From Azolla caroliniana (lineage: Eukaryota; Plantae; Polypodiophyta): DNA of 64,000 nt. The position numbers and the translations under genes are program-made. Shown here piece by piece: positions 51,082 to 61,917 of the stretch. Within the stretch, counting starts at the first letter, position 1. Every line of letters starts with the position of its first letter. Location of the stretch: contig JBHGNT010000004.1 in the NCBI GenBank assembly GCA_043228905.1, forward strand, positions 2,170,001 to 2,234,000, written 5' to 3'. The notes beneath the pieces were generated by a model. That model was not told the DNA's origin. It worked only from the letters and a program-made list of their open reading frames with translations, and made no database searches.

Positions 51082-54000
51082 TGTCGTGAAGAATTTCGGC
51101 CATAGGCGAAAACCGGGAAACATTGGCTACATCGGCGGGGTGTAGCATGTGTACGCACCCATGTACATTTAGTGTGAATATTGAGGGCGCCTTGATGGCG
51201 CCGAAGAGTAGTCAAGTCGAGACAGACGATCCCATGAAAGTCGGGATTTGTCCCACATTGTAACGCATCCCTCTCCTTGTTCTATAAAAGGGAGGGAACG
51301 CCCTTTGTAAAAGGGTTGCCCATTTTGCATTAGAGGGTATACCGGTAGGTTTAGGGTTAGGTTTCTTCTGCTTCTTCTTCTTCCCCTTCGTGTTCGTTTA
51401 GGGTTTGCTTCAGCTCATCTCCTGCGCAAGACCTCGCTCGGCGCGACGAGCCCGTGAGCTCCCCGACGACGGCTTGGCAGCAGACGACTACTGTAACCTA
51501 CCTCAGTCCGGCTCGAAGCCGGGAGTGTATTCTTCTTATATATATATACATATACGTTTGCGTCTGTCTGTGTATATTGGCGTCTTGTTGGTGTCGGGTG
51601 CTCCCTTCCTTCCCTGTGTTTCCTGTACATGAGGGCATGTGTGTGCGTGCGTGCGTGTGTGCGTGCGTGTGCGCGCGCATGAGTCGGTGTCAAGCACGCT
51701 CTCTCTCTCTCTCCCTCTCTCCCCTCGGCTGCTTCCGGTGCGTTTGAGGGGGGTGCCCCAGAAACGGTGAAGTGCGACTTCCTACGCTCCGTCGCTCCGT
51801 AGTCCAAGACCCCCGTGGTCCCGCCTTTCTCCACGCACGCGCGTAACAACGCGACATCTTTGGTGAACCCGACGTGAAAGGCGACAAGGGAGGATGGAGT
51901 CGGAAGATGACGACCTTGCGGAGATGGTGGCCGAAGTGGTGTTGGAGTCGGCACGACTGGTGATGAGGCGAGAAGCAGCGCAACAAGCGGTTGAGCAAGT
52001 GGTCGAAAGAGTCGGCCGTTTCAACGGGGACAAAGTCCCACCTTACTTGGAAGCCTACAACGCGGAAATGGAAGAGCGTGGCGTAGACGAGGCGTTGAGG
52101 CTAGAGTTCTTCTATCGGGTCGTGGCTGTCCGGATGCACGCGGAAATAAAGGAGCTCTGTGAGGCTCATAGTTCGTGGGAGGCCTTCGAAGAGGTGCTCC
52201 TGAAAGCATACGGAGGACGGCAGAAGAGCCGAGGACGACACCACTTCGACCACTGGGTAGCATCGGCAAAGACCCACCAGGGTGCGACGAAGGCGTTCCG
52301 GGAGTTCGAGCGACGACTTGCTCGGCTCCCAGAGCGGGAACAAGGTTTGGTGGGGGCGGACAAAGTCCTTTTATTCGTCAGGTCGATCAACCGAAAGGAA
52401 TGGGAAGCCATCGGGATTGAGCTCGAAGGCGATGATGGGGCGAATGGGCTTACGGAGGACTGGTCGGAGGTCGGAAGGGTGTGCCAATGGATAGACAAAG
52501 AGCGAGCCGAGAAGGCTAAGAGGAAGGTATGCGACGGCGTGCCATCACAGCGGGAAGAGGCCGAACGACAAAGAGAGTTGGCAAGGATCGGCGTCGGGGC
52601 CAGGATTGCGGAGGCGTATGCAGCTCTCAAAGCGATGCTCGAGGAAGAGGGGAAAATCGAAGCCGAAGAAGGGCTTATTATGGAGTCGGGCCGGAGGCGA
52701 TCGGAGGACGAGGAGGCCGGAAGAGAATGGCCGGTCGGTACCACGGGAGAGGGTGCGGGATGAGCCACCCTCTCGACTTGCGGAGATAGAACGGCCAAGG
52801 ACGAGGCCGAGATATTGATCACGGAACCAGAACGTTGGGACCAGTGGTTTCGGGCGTGTCAGCCCGAGATCCCGGTCATTGGAGAAGCAAGCCCATACGG
52901 GGCTTGCGCGATCGGTAAGGAGACAACCGCCGACCACGAAGAGTCGGTGGCTACGGACAAGGGCGTAAAATGGACGGGTGATTCTTTGTGTCTTCCCACA
53001 CTTGCTCTAGAGACGATGGCAGTCGGGCCCGAAAACCCACGTGAGTCCCAAGCGGAGGAAGGCGGTGGCGAAGGGCCAAGAATCACCGGCGAGACGATAC
53101 GGGGAAGGAGCGGACGAAAGCCCACGGACCCGATTCCGGAGAACTTGGCATTCGGGCCCGTATGCCCATGTCAGACCGAGGAGATGGATGGCGGTACCGA
53201 GGAGTCCTGGCACGATGCCAGCGAAGTCGGATGGGAAACGGCCTGCGAGGAGGCCGAGGACGGACACGGCACGGGAAGATCGGCATTCCGATACGGGTGG
53301 AGCGTAATCCGGTCGTGGATCGTTCGATCGGGGCCGGAGTCGGCATGAAAGTGCCGATACGGAAGGGGGTGCGGGACGAGCCGCCCTCTTTTACATGGGG
53401 AGAAAGACCGACCGGGTGAAGGTCGAGATTTGGAAAGGGTATGAAAGCCGGTCCTATGGGATTCCTTACACGGATCCGGAGACCTCGGCAGTTCGGCCAA
53501 CGTGGCAACGTGAGACCGAGGGAAAAGGTCGGCGGCGACAGGAGAACGGGACTCGACAATCCAGAGAAGGACGAACGGACCTTGACGAGAACCGGGCGGA
53601 GCGGACTCCCGGGTGACCATTCTGGGAGGGAGGAAGAGAGCAGGCCTACGAAGAGGCCGAGGACACGGTACGTCGGTACCACGGGAGAGGGTGCGAAGTA
53701 AACCGCCCTCTCGGCATGCGGAAAAGGACGACCCGGGACAGGGTCAAGAAGGCGACGAACGCCTACGGAGGATCCTTCACACCGGTTCTAGAGACTTCGG
53801 CAGTTGGCAACGCGGTCGACGTAAGACCAAGATACTGACGGTGGCGGCGAGGTGACAAAGGCAATGGGCGTAAGGAAGTCCAGTCCTACGGGATCCCCAC
53901 ACTTAACCAGAGACTCTGGCAGTTCAGCCAACGTGGGAACATGAGACCGAGAGAAAAGGTTGGTGGCGGCGGGAAACGGGACCCGCCTACGCGGAAGGCA

Positions 54001-55936
54001 CGAGGAGAGTCCGGAAGGGACTCAAACAAAAGACACCCGAATTTCGGCAAGTGTAGAAATGGAGTCCGGTCCTATGAGACCCTCACACTGATCCGGAGAC
54101 TCCGGCAATTCGGCCAACGTGGCAACGTGAGACCCGACGACACGAGGTATCGGAAGGAGCCGATAGGGGTGAACACGGGGAGGTGTGTCAGGCCGGAAAG
54201 GCACAGCTTGGACAGAACAAGAGTCTCGCGAGTGGCCATCACGGGCCGGATCGAAGCGTGACTACGAGACGGTGTTCGGTGCGGGCGAGGCCGAACGAAG
54301 GAAGCGGAAGATGGCACAAGGGAGGTGCCGGGAACGAGGTGACAAGTGCCTAGTGGACTGCACAGGGTCGGAGTCAGGATGGCAAGAGAGGCCGGAGGAG
54401 GATCCTCCACACTCGCTTCGTAGATCTCGGTAGCTCCGTCGAAGTAACGAAGACTGACACGGCAAGCCGGGGTGACAAGCTGGTGGGGGCGAGGGGACGA
54501 CGGCAAGTGGAAGACTCAGGACCTGTTGCAGCAACACGAAGACGGGAAGGGCCAAGCGGGCTACTACGGGGTGTTCCTCGGATGTAAAGGACACCGGTAT
54601 GCGGGTGAACAACGATGCACGATCTGGCCGGAAAGGGGCTGACGAGGAGTGCAACACGGGCAGTGCCAAACAACAGACGAGGGTATGTGGCACACGGAGG
54701 TGCCGGAGCGGGAAGGCGAGCGCGGAGAAGGCCGGAAAGGGATCCTCCACACCGTTCCGGAGACCATGGCGGATCGAGCCGACGCGGCAATGTAAGACCA
54801 TGGAGAAGGAAGGTGGCGGCGGAAGGACGAAGGCGACGCGAAACACCATCGGGACATCACGATCCGACAACGGAGGCCAAGGAGGCTGCCATGGGCATTC
54901 CTCAAGCGGAGGACATCGGGCATACGGCGGGAAGCGGGGCGTTCATACGGCTGAACAAGGGCCAACGGAAGAATGCGTGCTACGGAGATCGCGGCAGATG
55001 ACCCGTCGACGGGTCGAACGAGCCTATGGGGAGGCGAGCGCGAAGGAAGACTCGAAGCCGCCGGATCAAACTGGCAGCGAGCCGAGATGCGGATCACGGG
55101 AGACCGGTTTCTCACCAGCCGAAATCTCTCACCCTTCAACCAGATTGGCAAGTACCGGTGGACGTGCAGTTAGGCGAAAACCGGGAAACATTGGCTATAT
55201 CGGCGGGGTGCAACGTGTGTACACACCCATGTACATTTAGTGTGAATATTGAGGGCGCCTTGATGGCGCCGAAGAGTAGTCAAGTCGAGACAGACGATCC
55301 CATGAAAGTCGGGATTTGTCCCACATTGTAACACATCCCTCTCCTTGTTCTATAAAAGGGAGGGAACGCCCTTTGTAAAAGGGTTGCCCATTTTGCATTA
55401 GAGGGTATACCGGTAGGTTTAGGGTTAGGTTTCTTCTGCTTCTTCTTCTTCCCCTTCGTGTTCGTTTAGGGTTTGCTTCAGCTCATCTCCTGCGCAAGAC
55501 CCCGCTCGGCGCGACGAGCCCGTGAGCTCCCCGACGACGGCTTGGCAGCAGACGACTACTGTAACCTACCTCAGTCCGGCTCGAAGCCGGGAGTGTATTC
55601 TTCTTATATATATATACATATACGTTTGCGTCTGTCTGTGTATATTGGCGTCTTGTTGGTGTCGGGTGCTCCCTTCCTTCCCTGTGTTTCCTGTACATGA
55701 GGGCGTGCGTGTGCGTGCGTGTGCGTGCGTGCGTGCGTGTGTGCGTGCGTGTGTGCGCGCATGAGTCGGTGTCAAGCACGCTCTCTCTCTCTCTCTCTCT
55801 CCCCTCGGCTGCTTCCGGTGCGTTTGAGGGGGGTGCCCCAGAAACGGTGAAGTGCGACTTCCTACGCTCCGTCGCTCCGTAGTCCAAGACCCCCGTGGTC
55901 CCGCCTTTCTCCACGCACGCGCGTAACAACGCGACA
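51082..55936 (+). mobile_element. Non-autonomous gag-only LTR element related to element A (element D)
   Basis: LTRs 51082-51856 and 55171-55936 (the second lacks its first ~21 nt). TSD GCAT/GCGT. Perfect Trp PBS TGGTGAACCCGACGTGAA at 51861-51878. Gag homologous to element A gag. No PR/RT/RH/IN motifs seen. Confidence 0.92.
51894..53348 (+). pseudogene. Element D gag-like ORF with acidic low-complexity extension
   Basis: RFNGDKVPPYLEAYNAEM...VLLFVRS...GLTEDWSEVGRVC aligns with element A RFSGKDATSYLASYRAEM...VLLFVKS...GLTTDWAAVKRVC. ORFs 51894-52763 and 52815-53348 are in frame across one TGA. Confidence 0.8.
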
Positions 55937-56823
55937 GCGTACCCACGCCCCACAACACCTCGCCGTTATATGCGGAAGGGGTGCACATGGTCGACGGGTT
56001 AGCCGATGATGAGGTGGATGACTTCCTAGAAGACCATCCCACTATCATACCTCTCTTCGAAATCGATGCCATGACGGCCGTCGGCACACCTCTAGACGAG
56101 GAAGTCATGGTCAATACACCTCCCCAGGATGAGCCCGATCCCACCACCATCGCAAAATTACGACATGCTTGGGACGCTTTTGAACGTGAACTCGCCATCT
56201 CCCAACAAGTGAAGGCATCAACGCTCGAAACACTGAACCTTGGTTCGGACGAAAACCCTCGCACCTTACAGATTGCTAATAACTTACCAGCCGGCGAACG
56301 AGCAACCCTCATACATTTAGTCACCAATTACCAGGATGTATTCGCATGGTCTTACACAGATATGAAGGGTTTGGACCCACAATACTACCAACACCAGATC
56401 CATCTTCTCCCGGACGCTTGGCCGGTTCAACAAAGACGATATCGGATGAACCCCAATTATGCGGCTAAGGTCAAGGAAGAAATAGACAAGCTCCTCCGAG
56501 TCGGGTTCATATGACCTGTAAAACGCGCCACATGGTTAAGCCCAATCGTAGTCGTCCCCAAGAAAAATGGGAAAATCCGAGTCTGTGTCGACTACTGCAA
56601 GCTTAATGCTGCAACGGTCACGGATGGATTCCCTCTCCCGTTCACGGATAGCATTCTCGACATGGTGGCAGGTCACGAATGCTACAACTTTCTAGACGGG
56701 TTCTGTCATGAACAGTACTGAGACAGAGAAGGAATTAGTACTAAACGAAGGATTAGTACTATGAGAGGTGTGGAACTTCTTCGAGAGAAGGAAGAAGTGA
56801 GCGAGACAGAGAGAAAGAGAGAG

Positions 56824-56858
<35 letters not shown>

Positions 56859-57145
56859 TGATAAGAAAGATATGTATTATATGAAGAGAATATACAATGG
56901 TGGCTAAAAGGCTTAAGACTGGTGTTGAACCAATTTGGTTCAACATAATGCCTAGTGCCCTCTTTTATAGTGTTTTCAGGAGTAATCATGAAGCTTCTAG
57001 AATGTTCCAGAGAAATTTGGAATATACACTAATTTCCTATAATAAAATGTAAATGAAAATAATATCCTACGTATTACAATAGATGATCTAATGGTCAAGA
57101 GCTCGACCCATATAACCTAAGGTCATGGGTTCGAGTCTTGCCATA

Positions 57146-60100
57146 TCATGGCACTATCCCCCCTTTAAAACGACGAGTGTCACGAGTCGTCTTGGATTGA
57201 GGACCTGGTTTGTGTGGATATTGACGATGGAAGTCTTCAAGAAGAGCACGAGCATTGGTCACATTCTCGATCGGTTCCCAAGTACGTTCACTAGGGCTAT
57301 AGCCTAGCCAATCGACTAGATAGTAGAGCTTGTTGCGAACAATCTTGGAATCAAGGATGGCGGCAACCTCGTACTCCGGCCCATCTTCAAGCTCGATCGG
57401 GGGTGGAGGTTGGATAGGACGTCCTAGGATGATGGTGCTCTCGTGGTAGGGTTCGAGGAGAGAACTATGAAACACCAGATGTATCCGAAGTTGAGGAGGT
57501 AGATCGAGAGGAAAAGCGACATCATTAATCTGTCCAATAATACGGAAAGGACCTAATCACCGATAATCTAACTTCTCACATGGACGAGTAGTCTTGATGT
57601 GTTGTCGTAGCAACCACACCCGATCTCCAATATTAAAACTTGATGGAAGTCGATGACGATCCGCGTAGACCTTGTGTGTTTGTTGAGCTTGCTGGAGATG
57701 AGTAGATAAATCTGCTTGTATCTTGCGTAACTGCTCCAAACGATCCTCCGTGCACGGATTTGTGGACACCTCTGGGGTTTCAAGTACACTCCACCGGGGG
57801 TGACATTCCGTATAAGCATAAAATGACGTAACTTTAGTGGATGCGTGGATAGAGTTGTTATAGGCAAATTCGGCGAAGTGGAGAATATCTGCCCAGTCAT
57901 TTTGATGATAGCTGAGAAAGCACTGCAGATACTGCTCCAACGTTTGATTTGTTTGTTCAACTTGGCCGTCGGTTTGTGGGTGGTAGCCGGAGGAGAGGTT
58001 ACAAGTGACCTTGAGCATGTTAAAAAGGTGGTTCCAGAATTTTGACACGAACTGGGGTCCACGGTCGCTGATGATACTATCGGGAAGTCCATGATGCCGA
58101 CATACTTCACGCATGACAATTTCGGCAGTGTCTTCACTAGAGATCTCCTTAGTACATGGCAAGAAATGAGCCATCTTCGTATATCGATCAACCACCGTTA
58201 GAATCGCATTGAACCCCTTAGTGACTGGAAGATCTGTGATGAAGTCTAGAGCAATGGATTGCCACGGCTTGCTTGGAATTGGTAATGGTTCTAATAAGCC
58301 ATATGGATGATGCCTTGGCATTTTCGCTCTGCAACATGTATCACAAGTCCGAACAAAATCCTCGACAAATTGTCGCATACAGGGCCACCAGAATGTTCGT
58401 TGTACTGAATGTAATGTTTTAGTACTACCAAAATGCCCAGCTGTATATGTGTCATGACAGTTTTGTACTACTCCAAGGCGGCAAGAATCATTAGGAACAT
58501 ACAAAAGTTCTTTAAAGAAGAGTAACCCATCATGGTATTTGAATTGCCGATAGTCCGTACATGGTGGTTGCGATTGTGAACACGACGCTCGAGAGGGATC
58601 AATTTGTGCTAGTATAGCTTGGGCGAACGCATCTGTCTTCAAGTCTTCACGTATGGTATCGATAATGCGGGAATCCATAGGCATGTCAAATATCTGTGTT
58701 GCTTGTAGTCGTGCCGGTCCCAAGATGACTTGTTTTTGGTTATCGAAAGCTGGCTCGCCGGGACGGGGTGCTAGATACGAACGCCGTGATAATGCATTTG
58801 CCTTCCCTTGGTGCCTTCCCTTGGTGCTTCCCTGGATGATATGTAATTTTGAAGTCGAAATGCGTGAGGAAGTGGGCCCATCGAGCTTGACGTCGATTCA
58901 ACACACGAGCATCCTGAAAGTAGGCCAGATTCTTGTGGTCACTAAATACGGTGACTGGATGAGAGGATCCCTCCAAAAAATGCCTCCATTGCATAAAAGA
59001 ATCCACTATTGCCAATAGCTCCTTATCATGAATTTCGTAGTTGATTTCGGCGGCGTCAAACTTGCGTGAGTGAAAAGCCACAGGATGGAGCTTCTCATCA
59101 TTCCCCTGTTGTGACAGAATGCTCCCCAATGCAAAATCCAATGCGTCAGCTTCGATAATGAATGGTTTTTCCGGATCGACATGAACTAGAATTGGAGCCG
59201 ATGTAAATGCCTTTTTAAGACTCTCGAAAGCCATGTCCGTTTCTTCAGACCAGATGAACGGTGGTCCCTTCCTGGTAAGTTGTGTGAGAGGTAGAACGAT
59301 CTTTGAGTAATCTTGTATGAACTTCCGGTAAAAATTGGCAAAGCTAAGAAGCATTGCACATCCCGCACCGAACGCGGAATCTGCCATTCTACCACCGTTT
59401 TGACCTTAGCTGGGTCCATGGAGATGCCTTCTGACGAAATGATGTAGCCGAGAAATTCCACTTGGTTGCACCCGAAACTACATTTTTCCAGCTTTGCATA
59501 CAGACCATGTTCTCGAACTTGTTTTAGTACTAATAGTACATGAGAATCATGTTCTTCTTGGGTCTTTGAATAAACCAGTAGATCATCCAAATAGATGATC
59601 AAACAATCATCCAATAGATCTCGGAATATATCATTAGCCATGTGCTGGAAGACTGTCGGCGCATTAGTGAGGCCGAACGACATGACCGTATACTCGAAGT
59701 GGCCATATCTGGTGCGAAGCGCGGTCTTCCATTCGTCTCCTGGTCGGATCCGTACAAGGTTATATGCTCCCCGTAAGTCGATCTTCGTGAAGAACCTGGC
59801 ACCATTGATCCGTTCTAAAAGACTTGAGATAAGGGGAAGAGCATACCTATTCCTGATTGTAACCTTATTCAAGCCACGATAATCTACAACGAGACGAAGC
59901 GATCCATCTTTTTTTTTGACGAAAAAAATGGGCGCGCCGGCTGGAGATTTCGAATGCCGAATGAAACCATTTTCCAAATTCTCCTCTATATAGGCCCGAA
60001 GGACTTCCAGCTCGGTTGGTGACAAATTGTAGATCGGTCCCCATGGCAGCTCTTTTCCCGGTTGTAAATCAATGGGGCAATCGGACGGTCGATGATGAGG

Positions 60101-60757
60101 AAGTGTGTTGGCTTGTACTTTATCGAACACATCAGCGTAATGACGATACTTCTCGGGAAGTTGAACGGTGGATTCTTCTTTAGTGGTGTTGGAGGGGTTT
60201 ACTGATATTGCAAAGAGGAACATTTCCTCCTTGCGCCCTTCTTTACGCAACTGACGTAGCGAAATGGTTGCCATCTTCTGAGTTGACCCTTGGGTTTGTC
60301 GACACCGGATTTCTCTTGTTCTCCAATCAATGTCTGGGTTATGTAACTCGAACCACGGTAATCCTAAAACTATAGGATGTTCTGGGATACTAATAATATT
60401 AAATGATACTACACATGCTAAGTTATCTAGGACAATATTAATGGGCTCTGACTCTTCTATGATATTTCTGGAAGCAATGGGACGTCCATCGATGACTACT
60501 ACAGAGGCTGGACACTGGAGTTTTCTTAGGGATATCTTATGAGCTTGAGCAAATTTCTTATCCATAAAGCAAGAGTTAGCTCCGGAATCTAGGAGTGCTA
60601 GGACATGTACTGGAGGGGTACTTTTAGTACTAACTATTACTTGGGCTACGAACACATCACTAACTTGCTTAGAGGGAATGGAACTACTAATGGGCTGCAC
60701 AGATCTAGGGCTGTCCAACCAAACGACTCCTATTTTGGCTGGACTTAGTCGTTTAAC
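57146..60757 (-). pseudogene. Element F pol (PR-RT-RH-IN-chromodomain), interrupted
   Basis: Consecutive ORFs 59186-60718, 58740-59387, 57557-58723 and 57146-57475 carry the domains in order, broken by frameshifts and a stop. Confidence 0.9.
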
Positions 60758-60768
60758 TCTTCTTCTAA

Positions 60769-61917
60769 CTAACTAAGGACATCAAATTTGTTTGCTAGAT
60801 CTGGGATATTAGTACTATTAGTACTATTGGGACTATCGGATATCCCTACTGAAATGGGCTCGGATTTAGTACAATTAGAACTAGTGACTATTTGGTTTAC
60901 CTGTCTTCTTGGCCTATGGGGGCAATTTATTGCGATATGTCCTGGTCCACCGCAGTAAAGACATAGTCGATTTGTACGGCGTCGCTGCTTTTCTTCTTCG
61001 GATAATGGTCCTCGACGACGTGTAGTGTCAATCTCCATCGGAGTCGGAGTATTCGCTGGAGGCGCATTATATGACTCCCTCGGAAAAGGTCTTACTACCA
61101 CTGAGGCGTAGGTGGGCTCTGATCTTGCCCTCGGCATCTGTAGCTGTTGTTCCGAACGTCGCTCAAAGAGGCGGTTGTCACATCTCACCGCGCGACTGAT
61201 TGCCTCTGTTAAGGACTTTGGCTCTTCGGGGAAGGTCAATAGTAAATCCTTGATGTCGTTGCGTAAACCATAACGGAATTGCTCCATCAACGCTTGATCA
61301 TCCCAAGGGATATCGGCGGCGAGTAGGCGAAAATCTGTAGCGTATGCGGAGGCTGGACGGTCACCTTGGCGTAATCGCCGGATTTTGTTGATTGCGGTCC
61401 TGATGCTGTCAGTATCTCCGAAACATGCTTTAAACTCACCTAGAAACTCTTCAAAATTGTTGAGTAACGCAGATTCCTTTTCTAATAGTGGAGCGAACCA
61501 TGACAACGCTGAGCCACTTAACAAAGTGCCTACTAAACCCACTCGTGATGCATCAGTGGGATATTGGGAAGGATGCATTTGAATAACTAATCGTACCTGG
61601 TTATGAAACCCTCTAAACTGCGATCGCGTTCCATCGAACTTCGTGGGAAGGCCAATCTTGGGTTCTTTATGAATCCCTTGTGTTACGGGCCCTTGTTGTT
61701 GCATCGCTACGATGGTTGCTTCGAGTTGTTGCACGCGTAACACAAGTTCCCCATGTTGTTGTTGCGTTTGCTGCTTTTCTAAGGAGATTTGCTGAAGATC
61801 CCCTAGCAACCGTTGGTTTTCTTGTTCCAAAGCATGGAACTTCTCCTTCAAGCATTGAAATTCCGAGAAAACAGATTGATATTCTTCGGCGCTAACAGTG
61901 GCCATGGGATGAAACAA
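60769..61917 (-). CDS. Element F gag (coiled coil, capsid, zinc knuckle)
   Basis: 382-aa ORF with LPTKFDGTR, LRQGDRPASAY, TPMEID and LCLYCGGPGHIAINCP. Confidence 0.88.
   Translation of the reverse strand: MFHPMATVSAEEYQSVFSEFQCLKEKFHALEQENQRLLGDLQQISLEKQQTQQQHGELVLRVQQLEATIVAMQQQGPVTQGIHKEPKIGLPTKFDGTRSQFRGFHNQVRLVIQMHPSQYPTDASRVGLVGTLLSGSALSWFAPLLEKESALLNNFEEFLGEFKACFGDTDSIRTAINKIRRLRQGDRPASAYATDFRLLAADIPWDDQALMEQFRYGLRNDIKDLLLTFPEEPKSLTEAISRAVRCDNRLFERRSEQQLQMPRARSEPTYASVVVRPFPRESYNAPPANTPTPMEIDTTRRRGPLSEEEKQRRRTNRLCLYCGGPGHIAINCPHRPRRQVNQIVTSSNCTKSEPISVGISDSPNSTNSTNIPDLANKFDVLS

Noticed and set aside
51349-51404. TTTAGGGTTAGGG telomere-like repeats
   Set aside because: Only two or three units, present in both LTRs of element D. 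They are telo-box-like LTR motifs, not an interstitial telomere.
60771-60777. CUU-AGU-U at the end of element F gag, identical to the yeast EST3 +1 frameshift heptamer
   Set aside because: The +1 frame hits TAG two codons later and pol is in the -1 frame. The G_UUA_AAC site explains the junction better.
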